NCBI RefSeq assembly: GCF_963921235.1
Contig: NC_086109.1
Span: 4,776,001 to 4,840,000 of the forward strand
Length of the DNA: 64,000 nt
From: Mobula hypostoma
Lineage: Eukaryota
Reading direction: 5' to 3'
Shown here: positions 21,901 to 34,719 of the stretch, piece after piece
How the letters are laid out: each line of letters starts with the position of its first letter
Position numbering within the stretch: position 1 is the first letter of the stretch
Translations under genes and position numbers: made by a program
Notes under the pieces: generated by a model
Database searches by the model: none
Seen by the model: only the letters and a program-made list of their open reading frames with translations
Told to the model about the DNA's origin: nothing

Positions 21901-24900
21901 TGGTCCATTGGCAGCTATTAAACCACTGAGAGGAGCTTGCTCATATCACTGGATACAGAATACAGACCCAGGGATGAAAAGATGCTTCTCCCTCAACTCC
22001 AAAATTATCGCCAAAAGCTGAAAAGTAAAGGCAGCTATAAATGGTGGCAATTACAGTCGACTCACTCCACCCAATGGACCTGATTAGTTAGCAAGCACAG
22101 ATGATCACTCACCCTTTGTCGCAGTAGAAGTGGACTGTACTTCCGAAGGTGTTACCTGTTGTTGCATTGTAACCTCCATTCAGAATTTCACCTGGACTAC
22201 CACAGGACCTTGCTAAAAAAAAACAATGGAAAATTCCATGTGTTAAAACCTGCCACAATCCCTCTTAGCATTTCATTGGTTCAATAGTTCCACTTAATAT
22301 CAGGGAATGTATACAGCATACAACCTGAAATTCTTACTCTTCACAGACATCCACAAAACAGAAGAAAACCCCCAAAGAATGACTGGCAGACAATAAAACC
22401 GAAAAGCCATCCCACGCACAAGCAACAGCAAAATCATTAATCCTTCCTCCTCCCACTTGTTCCAGCAGGAAGCATCAGTGCGCACCACCCACCAAGCAAG
22501 CAATAGCAAGCCCCCAAAGAGACCATGACCTGCCGTCCAACAGAAACCATTGTTCACCCAACATTCTGACCTGCCACAGGCTCTCTCTCTCTCACAAACA
22601 AGGCAGAGAGAGGTGTCACCCCTTCCACAGCGAGAGAGAGATTTCAATTCACTGTTGAACTGCTACTCAAATTCAGAACTTTAAAGAATGTCAATAAAAG
22701 ACAATCGGAGGTTGACTAAAGGCTTGCCTTGAACCCACTTATATTAAAATGGTGACACAAGGAGACGGGGTGGTGAAGAAGTATTCGGCCTGTTGGCTTT
22801 CATCGTTTAGGGCAATGACTACAAGAATTGGGATGCAATGTTGGAGCTGTACAATTGTCGGTGAGAACATTTTTGGAATATTGTAGGTAGTTGCAGTCAC
22901 CCAACTACAGGAAGACTGTTGAAAGGGGACAGAAAAGATGAACGGAGATGGGAGGGCTTGAGTTATAAGGAGAGACTGGATAGACTCGAAGTGCTTTCCC
23001 TAGACTGGAGAAGGCTGAGGGGTGACCCTAAATATATTTATAAATTAAGGAGAGGCATAGATAAGGTCGATGGTCAGGGACTTTTCCACAGGGTGAGGAA
23101 GTGTAAGACTTAAGGGCACAGACTTCAGGTGTTTTAGTTGTGAGCCTGGATCTTACATGTTTGTTGCTTGCCTTAGAGCTAAGAACATCATTCACTGATG
23201 TGATGGATGGTTCAATAAATAAGGACTCCACTAAAACAGTTTCTGCAAGGCTGCACCCAATGTGTGATAGACAGACTTGGAGACAGGAGGCCTGAAGGTA
23301 CATACTCAATGACTCAGGTACAAATTGTTCTCCTCTGTCATTAGATTTCTGAATGGGCAATGAACCCATGAACAGTATCTAGAGTCATAGAAAAATACAG
23401 CACAGACACAGGTCCTTTGGCCCATCCAGTCTGTGCCAAGCCATTCCAACTGCCTACTCCCATCAACCTGCTCTGGGACCAACGTCTTACCATCTATGTA
23501 CCTATCCAAATTTCTCTTAAACATTGAAATCAAGCTTGCATGCACCACTTGCACTGGCAGCTTATTCCACACTCTCAGGGCCTTCTGAGGGAAGAACGTT
23601 CCCTTCATGTTCCCCTTAAACTTTTCACTTTTAACCCTCATCCCAAGACCTCTGGATGTCGTCACACCCAGTCAGCACTTCGGTTTACTGCTTGCACATC
23701 AAGCACGACATTCCAACCCAACCGTGCGGAACAGGATCTTCCAGCCCAACATGCCCAGCAACACACCTAGTTAACACTAGACTAATCACGGAATAACTCA
23801 CAATGACCAATTAACCGGGACATCTTTGGACTGTTGGAAGGAACTAGAGAACCCAGAGGAAATCAATGGGAAGGACATACGAACTTGTTACGGCATCAGA
23901 ACTGAACTCTGACGCCCTGAGCTGTAATTGCATTGAGCTAACGACTACGCTAACATGGTGCGCTGATGAACATATCATCCATATCCCTCCATTCTCAGCC
24001 CAATCACATGCCGATTTAGTCGACTCTCAAACATCACCACTGTATCAGTCTCCACCACTTTCCCTAGCATCCCAGTGCAGGGACCCACCACTTTGTGTAA
24101 ACTTGCCCCACACATCCCCTCCACTGCTCTACTCTCTCTATATGCATAACGGCGTGAGCAGGAACAACTCAAATGCCATCTATAACTGCGCCAGTATCAC
24201 CAGTGTTACTGGCAGAATCTGAGATGGAGTTATAGAGTCACTGAACACCACAGCACACAAACAGGCCCCCCGTGGCCAATCTAGTCCCTGATGAACTATT
24301 CTGCCTAGTCCCGTCAATCTGCACCCGGACCCGATGGTGACGAGGAGATGCACAGCAATGAGATACATGATGATGGTGCAGCAAGATCAACTTCGCACAC
24401 ATCATCATCAAGACCAAGTAGTTGACTGTGAACTTCAGGAAGCTGAGGGAACACACACTAGCACTCATTGAGGGATCAGTGGTGGAAAGGGTGAGCAGCT
24501 TCAAGACTCTGGATGTCAACAAGTTCTTATCTCATTTGTCAACGGCAATAAAACTGATTGTGATTCTGAAAGATCACTGACCGTATCTCCACAAATCTCA
24601 TCAGCACAGTCGCTCTGTGCCAGTCGGTAACACCCAGAGGAGGGAGGAAGGCATGACTCAGTACTCACGATTACACGTTGCCTGTAGCGGACTCCACATC
24701 GAGTTGTCCTGACAAATAATCCATCGAATACTGAAGTCCTGAAACATGTATCCAGGGAGACATGTGTAAAAGACTCTGGTACCCACCGGAGAGGTCGCAT
24801 TCACTTGATCCCTTGGTGTACCATTTTCCAAAGTTGGAGGTTTGCCACATTCACCTGTTTAGAAAGATATTGGGTTTAGGTTTCCGTGTTGGCATCCCGG

Positions 24901-27816
24901 TGGAGTCCACCTGGTACATGGTTCACAGCAAAGGAGCCCCCACCCCACAACCTACACTTGACACACACAATTTGTCACAAAGAGGGAGAGGGAAGGGGAG
25001 GGGTTAATGGGAGTGTGAGGGATAGTCAAAGGAAATTTATTATCAAGGTACTTAAATGGTATAACCATACAACCATAACAGCACGGAAACAGGCCATCTC
25101 GGCCCTTCTAGTCCATGCCGAAATCTTACCCTCACCTAGTCCCACCGACCTGCACTCAGCCCATAACCCTTCATTCCTTTCCTGTCCATATAGCTACCCA
25201 ATTTAACTTTAAATGACAACATCGAACCTGCCTCAACCACTTCTGCTGGAAGCTCGTTCCACACAGCTACCACTCTCTGAGTAAAGAAGTTCCCCCTCAT
25301 GTCACCCCTAAACTTTTGCCCTTTAACTCTCAATTCATGTCCTCTTGTTTGAATCTTCCCCACTCTCAATGGAAAAAGCCTATCCACGTCAACTCTATCT
25401 ATTTCCCTCATAATTTTAAATACCTCTATCAGGTCCCTCCTCAACCTTCTACGCTCCAAAGAAAAAAGACCCAACTTGTTCAACCTTTCTCTATAACTTA
25501 GGAGATGAAACCCAGGTAACATTCTAGTAAATCTTCTTTGTACTTTCTCAATGTTGTTGATATCTTTCCTATAATTTGGTGACTAGAAATGTACACAATA
25601 CTCCAAATTTGGCCTTACCAATGCCTTGTACAATTTCAACATTACATCCCAACTCCTATGATTTATAAAGGCCAGCATACCAAAAGCTTTCTTCACCACC
25701 CTATCCACATGGGATTCCACCTTCAGGGAACTATGCACCGTTATTCCTAGATCCCTCTGTTCTACTGCATTCTTCAATGCCCTACCATTTACCATGTATT
25801 TCCTATTTTGATTAGTCCTACCAAAATGTAGCACCTCACATTTATTAGCATGACACTCCATCTGCCGTCTTTCAGCCCACTCTTCTAACTGGCCTAAATC
25901 TCTCTGCAAGCTTTGAAAACCTACTTCATTATCCACAACTCCACCTATCTTAGTATCATCTGGATACTTACTCATCCAATTTACCACCCCATCATCCAGA
26001 TCACTAATATATATGACAAACAATACTGGACCCAGTACAGATCCCTGAGGCACACCACTAGTCACCGGGCTCCAATCTGACACACAGTTATCCACCACTA
26101 CTCTCTGGCATCTCCCATCCAGCCACTGCTGAATCCATTTTACTACTTCAATATTAATACCTAACAATTGAACCTTCCTAACTAACCTTCCGTGTGGAAC
26201 CTTGTCAAAGGCCTTACTGAAGTCCATACAGATAACATCCACTGCCTTACCCTCGTCAACTTTCCTAGTAACCTCTTCAAAAAATTCAATAAGATTTGTC
26301 AAACATGACTTTCCACGCACAAATCCATGTTGACTGTTCCTAATCAGACCCTGTCTATCCAGATAATTATATATACCATCTCTAAGAATATTTTCCATCA
26401 ACTTACCCACCACTGACGTCAAACTCACAGGCCGATAATTGCTAGGTTTACTCTTAGAACCCTTTTTAAACAATGGAACAACATGAGCAATACGCCAATC
26501 CACCGACACCATCCCTGTTTCTAATGACATTCAAAATATTTCTGTCAGAGCCCCTGCTATTTCCACACTAACTTCCCTCGATGTCCTAGGGAATATCCTG
26601 TCAGGACCCGGAGACTTATCCACTTTTATTTTCCTTGAAAGCACCTGTACTTCCTCTTCTTTAATCATCATAGTTTCCATAACTACCCTACCTGTTTCCC
26701 TTACTTTATACAATTCAATATCCTTCTCCGTAGTGAATACCAAAGAAAAGAAATTGTTCAACATCTCCCCCATCTCTTTTGGCTCTGCACATATTCGTCC
26801 ACTCTGATTCTCTAAGGGACCAATTTTATCCCTCACTATCCTTTTGCTATTAAAATAACTGTAGAAACCCTTGGTATTTATTTTCACCTTACTTGCCAAA
26901 GCAACCTCATAATATTCTTTTAGCTTTTCTAATTTCTTTCTTAAGATTCTTTTTACATTCTTTATATTCCTCAAGCACCTCATTTACTCCATGCTGCCTA
27001 TATTTATTGTAGATCCCTCTCTTTTTCGGAACTAGGTTTCCAATATCCCTTGAAAACCATGGCTCTCTCAAACTTTTAACCTTTCCTTTCAACCTAACAG
27101 GAACATGAAGATTCTGTACCCTCAAATTTTCACCTTTAAATGACCTCCATTTCTCTATTACATCCTTCCCATAAAACAAATTGTCCCAATCCACTTCTAA
27201 ATCTTTGCGCATTCCTCAAAGTTAGCCTTTCTTCAATCAAAAATCTCAACCCCAGGTCCAGTCCTATCCTTCTCCATAATTATATTGAAGCTAACGGCAT
27301 TGTGATCACTGGACCCAAAGTGCTCCCCAACACATACCTCTGTTATGTTACAAATGTTACTATACACTATTTTGGGATTCACACACTTACAGAAAAATAA
27401 AGAGATACAGTAGAATTTATGAAAAACTACACATGAATAAAGACTGACAACAACCGATGCAAAAGAATTCATGCGAATTATAAGTAAGTAAATAATTAAT
27501 GTTAAGATCATGAGTTACAGAGTCCTTGGAAGTGGGTTTTGGAATCACTTCAGAGTTCAGGCTCCTGCACCTCTTTCCTGAGAGGAAGGACAGAGTGTGA
27601 GTACGGGAGGAGAGGAGAGACTCGGACTCTCCTGAAAGGGCGAGTTAGTGGAGAAGGGGGTGAATTCACCCCGACCGCTGGTCCTATCCCTATGGGATCT
27701 GTACCAAATGGAAAACGCCACCGGTGTCCCAGAGACGCTACAGAAATGCAAGTGTTCCTACCGGCCACCTGAGCCACCACCGCCGCCAGGAGAACCAGCA
27801 ACTGCCCCGCCGTCAT
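9922..27816 (-). CDS. Multi-exon RCA-family complement regulator (CD55/CD46-like): signal peptide, 3 CCP domains, Ser/Thr-rich stalk; 3' end not located
   Basis: Nine exons with GT-AG boundaries and compatible phases join into one open frame: 27816-27762, 24854-24669, 22212-22113, 18631-18558, 17838-17653, 13656-13624, 13016-12984, 12741-12691, 9945-9922. The CCP C-C-C-W-C pattern occurs three times. The gene lies downstream of a PFKFB terminal exon. Confidence 0.9.
12691..12741 (-). CDS. Ser/Thr stalk micro-exon (T)[16 protein letters not shown]
   Basis: 51 bp, phase 1-1, acceptor tttctctctcctttattag, donor gtaagt. Confidence 0.8.
12858..12890 (-). pseudogene. Dead copy of the stalk micro-exon
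   Basis: Homologous to 12984-13016, but the acceptor is GG and the donor is destroyed. Confidence 0.6.
12984..13016 (-). CDS. Ser/Thr stalk micro-exon (T)[10 protein letters not shown], weak acceptor
   Basis: 33 bp paralog of 13624-13656; donor gtaagt and AG intact, but the pyrimidine tract is missing (gaataatttag). Confidence 0.55.
13061..13600 (+). mobile_element. HERO-like (R2 group, restriction-like endonuclease) non-LTR retrotransposon 3' fragment
   Basis: RPDIV...[18 protein letters not shown]...[16 protein letters not shown] motif of a PD-(D/E)xK endonuclease. Confidence 0.8.
13624..13656 (-). CDS. Ser/Thr stalk micro-exon (A)[10 protein letters not shown]
   Basis: 33 bp, phase 1-1, acceptor tttctttcccctttag, donor gtaagt. 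Confidence 0.8.
13736..13768 (-). pseudogene. Dead copy of the stalk micro-exon
   Basis: Homologous to 13624-13656 including intron flank, but the acceptor is AC and there is no GT donor. Confidence 0.55.
15386..16426 (+). mobile_element. CR1 LINE 3' fragment (duplicate of 1017-2057)
   Basis: Same ORFs and the same internal deletion. Confidence 0.92.
16761..16943 (+). ncRNA. HDV-like ribozyme, duplicated copy
   Basis: Same fold; P1 3' strand is ACACCCC (16900-16906), all Watson-Crick, G1-C instead of G1-U. Confidence 0.68.
17486..17523 (+). ncRNA. Minimal type I hammerhead ribozyme in a Penelope-like terminal repeat
   Basis: UAGUC-CUGACGA-AGGGUCUCGGCCC-GAAACGUC-GACUG; intact core, palindromic ACGU stem III, predicted cleavage after C17518. 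Confidence 0.75.
17653..17838 (-). CDS. Exon 5, CCP3 ([12 protein letters not shown]...[31 protein letters not shown])
   Basis: 186 bp, phase 1-1, acceptor cttcccacag, donor gtacag; full sushi consensus. Confidence 0.95.
18558..18631 (-). CDS. Exon 4, CCP2b ([24 protein letters not shown])
   Basis: 74 bp, phase 2-1, acceptor ttccttcctgcag, donor gtgaga; completes CCP2. Confidence 0.95.
20160..20910 (+). mobile_element. Penelope-like element 3' fragment
   Basis: [17 protein letters not shown] followed by a pyrimidine-rich tail and degenerate hammerhead repeat. Confidence 0.75.
22113..22212 (-). CDS. Exon 3, CCP2a ([33 protein letters not shown])
   Basis: 100 bp, phase 1-2, poly-T+ag acceptor, gtgagt donor; half-CCP split at the conserved Gly, typical of RCA genes. 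Confidence 0.95.
24669..24854 (-). CDS. Exon 2, CCP1 ([11 protein letters not shown]...YTCLPGY...[17 protein letters not shown])
   Basis: 186 bp, phase 1-1, acceptor tttctaaacag, donor gtgagt; 4 Cys plus Trp of a sushi module. Confidence 0.95.
25060..27340 (-). mobile_element. CR1 LINE ORF2 fragment in intron 1 of the CCP gene
   Basis: ORFs 25583-26530, 26531-26983, 25136-25522: [27 protein letters not shown]; frameshifted. Confidence 0.93.
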
Positions 27817-27990
27817 CGCCCGTCGCACCCGCACCGACTCTGCTTGCAGTCCCGAGGTCTCCGCTCCGAGTGCACTTTGCGGAAGTGTGGCTCCGGTTGC
27901 CGAACACCGCTCTTACCTCAGCCACACCCTGAACCGCAGACCCGCCCACCGCCTGAACTTCCTTCCCCCAATCACCCAAAGTTGTCAGGC
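27700..27990 (-). promoter_or_regulatory. CpG-rich promoter/exon-1 region of the CCP gene
   Basis: Locally high GC and CpG around the ATG; ETS-like GCGGAAGTG 27879-27887, CACCC box ~27922-27929, GC box CCCGCCC 27941-27947. Confidence 0.6.
27762..27816 (-). CDS. Exon 1, signal peptide [18 protein letters not shown](G)
   Basis: ATG in gggcgATG context, hydrophobic core, phase-1 donor G|gtagga; joins exon 2 in frame. Confidence 0.88.
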
Positions 27991-28039
27991 AGCTTGTGCC
28001 GTTGTCCTCAATGACAGGTACAATTGCTTTGGATATAAC

Positions 28040-28685
28040 AGGTGGGGTGGGGAGCATGTGGGAAGGCAGGGAGACCTCTAGAGGCCCTGGGCACTACACA
28101 TGTGCATCCGGTTGCAGCTGGAACTGGATGAACTCCGGATTATTCGGGAGACTGAATGGTTGATCGACAGGACACACAGGGAGGTAGTTATACCCAAAGT
28201 GCAGAACACAGGTAACTTGGTGACCGTCAGGAGGGGCGAAGGGGATGTGCTGCCAGTGCAGAGTCCCCTGTCACTGTTCCCTCATTGACAGGTATACCGC
28301 TTTGGATAGTGGGCGATGGCCTAGCAGAGGTGAGCCACAGCGGGAGGGTCGCTGGCACAGAATCGGACTCTGTGGCTCAGAGGGAAGTGGAGAGAACAGG
28401 TGAACTGTAGTGATAGGAGATTCTCATTGATTAGGGGAACGGACAGGATGTTCTGTGGACGAGAACGGGATTATCAGATGGTTTGGTGCCTCCTCGGTGC
28501 CAGGGATTAGAGATATCTCCGATCGAGTCCACCGCATTCTTCAGTGGGAGGGTGAGTAGCCGGCGGCCGTGGTCCATGCAGGTACCAATGACATGGGTTG
28601 GATGGGTGACGAAGACTTGCAAAGTGAGTTCAGGGAGTTAGGTGCTAAGTCAAAGGGCAGGACCTTTCTAGGGTCGTGATTTTAG
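28040..28685 (+). mobile_element. CR1 ORF1 remnant (coiled coil and SGNH esterase)
   Basis: QLELDELRIIRE..., VIGDS, GARIRDISDRV, VVHAGTND motifs; degenerate. Confidence 0.75.
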
Positions 28686-28689
28686 GACT

Positions 28690-29762
28690 CGATCCACCCC
28701 ACGTGCTAGTGAGGCCAGAAACAGAAATTGTCCTCAAATGCATCACTTTCATTTCATGCGAGTCTGCTCTTACCCCATACTCCTGCCGCCCTACCAGGGA
28801 TAGGGTTCCTCTTCTCCTCACCTACCACCCTATCAGCCTCTGCGTCCAGCACGTAATTCTCCGAAACTTCCGCCACCTCCAACAGGATCCCACCACCAAG
28901 CACATCTTTCCTTCCACCCCCCCCACCCTTTATGCTTTCCACAGGGATCGCTCCCTACGCGTCCATTTGTTCCTTGCAAGCGGAACAAGTGCTACACCTG
29001 CCCCTGCACCTCCTCCCTCGCTACCATTCAGGGCCCCAAACAGTCCTTCCAGGTGAGGCAACATTTCACCTGTGAGTCTGTTGTGGTCATATACCTGTGT
29101 TCAATGCTCCCGGTGTGGCCTCCTGTGTACCAGGGAGACCCAAAGTAGACTGGCAGACCCTGCTTCGCTGAGCACCTACCCACCGGCAGAAACGGGATCT
29201 CTCAGTGGCCACCCATTTTAATTCCACTTCCCATTCCTATTCCCATTCTGACATGTTAGTCCATGCCCGCTACGATCAGGTTAGAGGAACAACACCTTAT
29301 ATTCCGTCTGGGTAGCCTCCAACCTGATGGCATGAACATCGATTTCTCGAACTTCTGGTAATGCCCACCCCCGCTTCACCATCTCCCATTCCCCCTTTTC
29401 CTTATCTCCTTGCCTGCCCATCACCTCCCTCGGGTGCTCCTCCCCCCTTTTCTTTCTTCCATGGCCTTCTGTCCTCTCCTCTCAGACGACTCCTTCAGCC
29501 CTTTCACCAAACCATCTTCCCAGCTCTTTACTTCATCCCTCCCCCCGCCCCCCATTTCACCTATCTCCTTTCGTTTCACTCTCCCCTCCCCCACCTTTAA
29601 AATCTACTCCTCACCTTTTTTTCTCCAGTCCTGCCGAAGGGTCTCGGCCTGAACCATCAACTGTACTTCTTTCCATCGATGCTGCCTGGTCTGCTGAGTT
29701 CCTCCAGCAGTTTGTGTGTGTGTTGCTCGGATTTCCAGCATCTGCACATTTTCTCTTGTTTG
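28690..29762 (+). mobile_element. Penelope-like element fragment
   Basis: DRVPLLLTYHP...ILRNFRHLQQDP, GIY-YIG remnant, terminal repeat. Confidence 0.8.
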
Positions 29763-30429
29763 TGATATATTATACAACCTTGAGATTCATCTCCTAACAG
29801 GCAGCCATGAAACGAAGAAACCCCAAAGAGCCGAGAGGAAAGAAACCTCATGTCCATAAAAAGAGAACCCATTTAAAAAAGAGAACCCATTAAAAAAGAG
29901 ACTCATTTAAAAAAGTCCATTGAACACCCAACGTGCAGAGAGAAAAACACATTGTGCAAACAGTAACTCCAAGCAAATAGCGTTCTGAACTGAAGTGTGC
30001 AAAGAGAGTCCCATTGTTCAGCGAGGCCAAATAAATGTTGTGGGTTAGTGATCTGAACTGGTCCATCGCTCGTCTCAGGCCCCGACACCCTGACCTTTTC
30101 AATTTGCCCCGGTGCCAAAATCAACGTTCAAACTTTGCGTTCCTATGCCTCGATATGCTCTGGGGCCAGTACCCCACTGCCTCGATTTGGCCCTGCGCTC
30201 AAGTCTTCATCCAAACACCAAGTTCAGTCGAGTTGGTACACTCTGGTGCCTGAACCCCACTGCCTTGATTTGGCCTTAGGCATGGCACTTAAATCAATTG
30301 AACCTCGGGCCTTCCTTGCTCTTGGTGATGGGCCCGCTGCCTCGCCCTGCCACATTGAATTGCCTCCAAGTCTAAAGGGAAGCTACAGACTATTACTTGA
30401 TACAGTCTTGTTGAGTAGGAAGCCTTCAA

Positions 30430-32530
30430 AAGTGAAATGATTAGAGTACAGAGTTTGTGTGTTCCTGTCAGAATAAAAGGGGGGAATAACAGCTTTAGGG
30501 AACCTTAGTTTTCAAGAGGTATTGAGACCCTGATTAAGAAAAAGGAGGCGTATAGCAGGCAGGAGGAACAAATGAGGTTCTTGACAAATATAAGAAATTC
30601 AGGAGAACACTTAAGAAGGAAATTAGGAGGGCTGAGAGAAGACATGAGGTTGCTCTAGCAGAGAAGCTGAAGGAGAATCCCAAAGGCTTCTTCAGATGTA
30701 TTAAGAGCAAAAGGATTTGCAAGAGACAAAATTGGTCCTCTGGAAGATCAGAGTGGTAATTAGCGGTGGAGCTGAAAGAGATTTGGAGATCTTAAATGGA
30801 TTTTTTGCATCTGTATTTACTTGGGAGACAGACACAGAGTCTATAGGTGTGACAAATTGTAGCAGAGAAGTCATGGACCCTGTACAGTTACAGAGGAGGT
30901 GTTTATTGTCTTGAGGCAAATTAGGGTGGATAAATCCTCAGGGCTTGACAAGGTATTCCCTCAGACCTTGTTGGAAGCTAGTGCAGAAACTGCAGGGGCC
31001 CCAGCAGAGGTATTTGAAACGTCTTTAGTCATGGGTGAGATGCCAGAGGGTTGGAGGATAGCTAATGTTGTTCTGTTGTTTAAGAAAAGCTCCAAGAATA
31101 GGCCAGGAAATTATGGGCTGGTGAGCTTGATATCAGTTTGAGAATGTTACTGGAAGGTATTCTAATGGACCGGATGTATAAGTATTCGGTTAGACAGAAA
31201 TTGATTAGGGTTAGTCAGAATTGCTTTGTGTGTAGTAATTCATGTCTAACCAATCATATAGAGTTTTTCAAGGAAGTTACCAGGAAAGTTGATGAGGGCA
31301 AGGCAATGGACGCTGTCTACATGGACTTTAGCAAGGCCTTTGACAAGGTCATGCATGGGAGGCCGGTCAAGAAGGTTCAGTTGCTTGGCATTCAAGATGA
31401 GATAGTAAATTGGATTAAACATTGGCTTTGCAAAAGAAGCCAGAGAGAAATAGTAGATGGCTGCTTCTCTGACTGGAGGCCTGTAACTAGTGGACTGGCA
31501 CAGGGAATGGTGCTGAGTCCGTTGTTTGTCATCTATATCAATGATTTGGATGATAATGTGGTTAGCTGGATCAGCAGATTTGTGTATGATACCAGGATTG
31601 GGGGTGTGGTGGATAGTGAGGACTATCAAAACTTGAAGTGGGATCTGGACCAGCTGGAAAATTGGGCTGAAAAATGGTAGATAGAATTTACTGCAGACAA
31701 GTGTGAAGTGTTGCACTTTGGGAGGACCAACCAGGGTAGTCTTATATGGTGAGAGGTAGGGCACTGAGGAGTGCGGTGAAGTACAGTGATCTGGGAGTAG
31801 GGTTCCATAATTTCTTGAAAGTGGCATCACAAGTAGACAGGGTTATAAAGAAAGCACATTGACCTTCATAAATAAATGTATTGAGTACACGAGTTGAGAT
31901 TTTATGTTGAAATTGTATAATACATTGGTGAGGCCTAGTTTGAAGTATTGTGCACAGTTTTGGTCACCTACCTACAGGAAAGATGTAAGATTGAAAGAAT
32001 GCAGAGGAAATTTACAAGGATGTTGCCGGGACTTGAATAGATTAGGAATTTATTCCCTAAAGTGTAGGAAAAATAGGGAAGATGTGATAGAGATATACAA
32101 AATCATGAGGGGTATAGATAGGGTAAATGCTTTTTCCACTGAGGTTGGGTGAGAATGCAACTGAAGGTCATGGGTTAAGTGTGAAAGATGAAGTATTTAA
32201 AGGAACAAGGGGGAATTTCTTCATTCAGAGGGTGGTGGGAATGAGCTGCTAGCAGAAGTGGTGGATTTGGGTTCTATTCCATCATTTAAGATAAATTTGG
32301 ATAGTACGGGTTAAGGAGGGCTTTGGTCTGGGTGCCGGTTGATGGGACTAGGCAGACTAATGGTTCAGCACAGACTAGATGGGCTGAAGGGCTTGTTTCT
32401 GTGATGTCATGTTCTATGACTCTATGGATGAGAGAAAAATGAAGGGCTTTGTGGGAGTGAAGGGTTAGATTGATCATAGAATAGGTTAAAAGGCTGGCAC
32501 AAAATTGTGGGCTGAACGGCCTGTAGTGTT
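30430..32530 (+). mobile_element. Degenerate CR1 LINE ORF2 fragment
   Basis: ORFs 30899-31680 and 31904-32152 carry CR1 RT motifs. Confidence 0.9.
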
Positions 32531-33991
32531 GCATTTTATGTTACATGTAAAACTTTTGGAAAATATGTACTGTAAATCACTTGGGTTTCACTGGAATGTT
32601 TAAAATGACTGTGGTACCTTCACTCATTTCCTTTGGGAAGCTCACTGTTCGAGATTTGGGTGCAGCTCATTTCTGTTGTAATGACACATCTTTACTGATG
32701 TCATTTTCTTCAAATTACAGAGTGCGTCAAACAGCTTATGACTAACAGGAAGAAATAATTCACATACTCCTTTCCCAGTGAAAGAAGTCTCGTGTGTAAT
32801 TGAATAGATAAAAGGCTGGGAAGGTCTGGAACTGCGCAATATTCTTGCTCACAAATGCTTTCCAAAGAGGCAGCAAACCAAATCATTTCCTTTCTGCTTC
32901 AAAAATATTCCAATATCTTTTATTTTTAGTACAGTGTAAAATAATCAGCCTCAAATTGCACAGAACTCTGGTCCCTCCATGGACACCAGAGGCATTCTTG
33001 CCTTGGACAGGTCATAGAAACAACCCTCCTCCAGAGATCTGACCGCACTGTCTTGGCAGCGCCCTGGCACTGTTCCACTGTTTGAGGTGCTGTGGTTTTT
33101 GGATTGAAGCCAACCTTCCTTCAGATTCAGATTTGTTGATCACGTGTACATCAAACATACAGTGAAATACGTCATTGAGACCTTGGGATGATGAAGGGTC
33201 ACGGCCTGACCTGCTGAGTTTCTCAGAATCAGGTTTAACGCCACTGGCATCATCAAGGAGAGAACCTTCGAAAAAGGTGGCATCCATCATGAAGGACCTC
33301 CACCACCCAGGACATGCCCTTGTTGTTACGCAACAGCAGTACATTCCGGTACATAATAAAAACTGTAAATTACAGTCATTATATATAGAAAAAAATAATT
33401 AGTGCAAAAAGAAGAAAAGGAAGTAGTGAGATAGTGTTCATGGGTTCAATGCCCATTCAGAAATCTGATGGGGGAGGGGAAGAAGCTACTCCTGAATCAT
33501 TGACTGTGTACATTCAGGCTCCTGTTCCTCCTTCCTGATGGTAGCAATGAGAAGAGGGCATGTCCTGGGTGGTGGGGGTCCTTCATGATGGATGCCACCT
33601 TCTTCGAAGGTTCTCTCCTGGATGCTGGGCAGGTTAGTGACCATGATGGAGCTGACCGAGTTTACAATCCTCGGCAGCTTATTTCAATCCTGTGCAGTGC
33701 CCCCCTCCTCCCCCCCGCCCACAAATACTAGACAGTGATACAGTCAGTTAGAATGCTCTCTACTGTACATCCGTAGAAATTTGAGTGTATCTTTGGTGAT
33801 ATACCAAATCTCCTCATGCTCCTAATGAAATATTATCTGTAGCATTCTGTGTGTGTTACCACCTAGGGATGTGCTGGGGACAGCCACCAAGGGTTGCCAA
33901 AGATTTTGGCACCGCATAGTGTATCCAGCATACTCGGCAGATCAGAACAAGCAACAAAACAGTAACAGCCACACAATCCCTGTTCTCCCAG

Positions 33992-34017
33992 ACACACACA
34001 CACACACACACACACAC
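33992..34017 (+). repeat. (AC)n microsatellite
   Basis: Direct read. Confidence 0.95.
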
Positions 34018-34719
34018 TCCTTCTGTTCTAGGACAGGCCTTCAGATCTCCAGTTCCTACTTTCCAGGCTTTGACTTCCGATTGACCCCTAGACTAGCCAA
34101 TGACGAGACCCTAAAATTCAGGCTTGCCAACTGACCGGCCCTCGTGCCTTCTACTCGCACAGACATCCCATCCAGGATCCGGGACAGCCCTGCAGCCCAG
34201 AGATATCCTTCATCACCCATCCAATGTCATGGCTTTTTAGAATTGGGCAGAGGCTTCATCTCCAGATGTCCTTTGTGCTCACGTCTACATTATGGGCTTC
34301 AAGTGTGAAGTGGAAGCTTAGACTCTGGATGTCCTTCGAAAACCCGTCCACATCGCTGTACCTTGAATGTTGAGCTGAAGTCTGACCTCTAACTCCTCCC
34401 CATCTGTGTCCCTAGATCCTAATCTGACTTCTAACCTCTCACATCTAACCTCTTCCTAAACCAGAGGTTCCCAACCTTTTTGTAGCCATGGACCAATACC
34501 ATTAAGCAAGAGGTCCGTGGAACCCCTTGCCCTAAAGTCCAGCATGACCCATAATTCCACTCTCTGTCCCCGAAATTATCCCTAAAAAACAAGTCTGAGC
34601 CACGATGTTGACAGATACCACAGTTCAGTACCATCTTAAATCTTAAAATTTAGAAGGGCTCAATAGAACACAGGAAAGAAAGGAAGGTGCAAAAGAAGGC
34701 CATTCAGCTCAAGATGGCC

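Noticed and set aside
29857..29912. Three copies of AAAAAGAGAACCCATTT as a CRISPR-like array
   Set aside because: No spacers, eukaryotic context; local slippage repeat.
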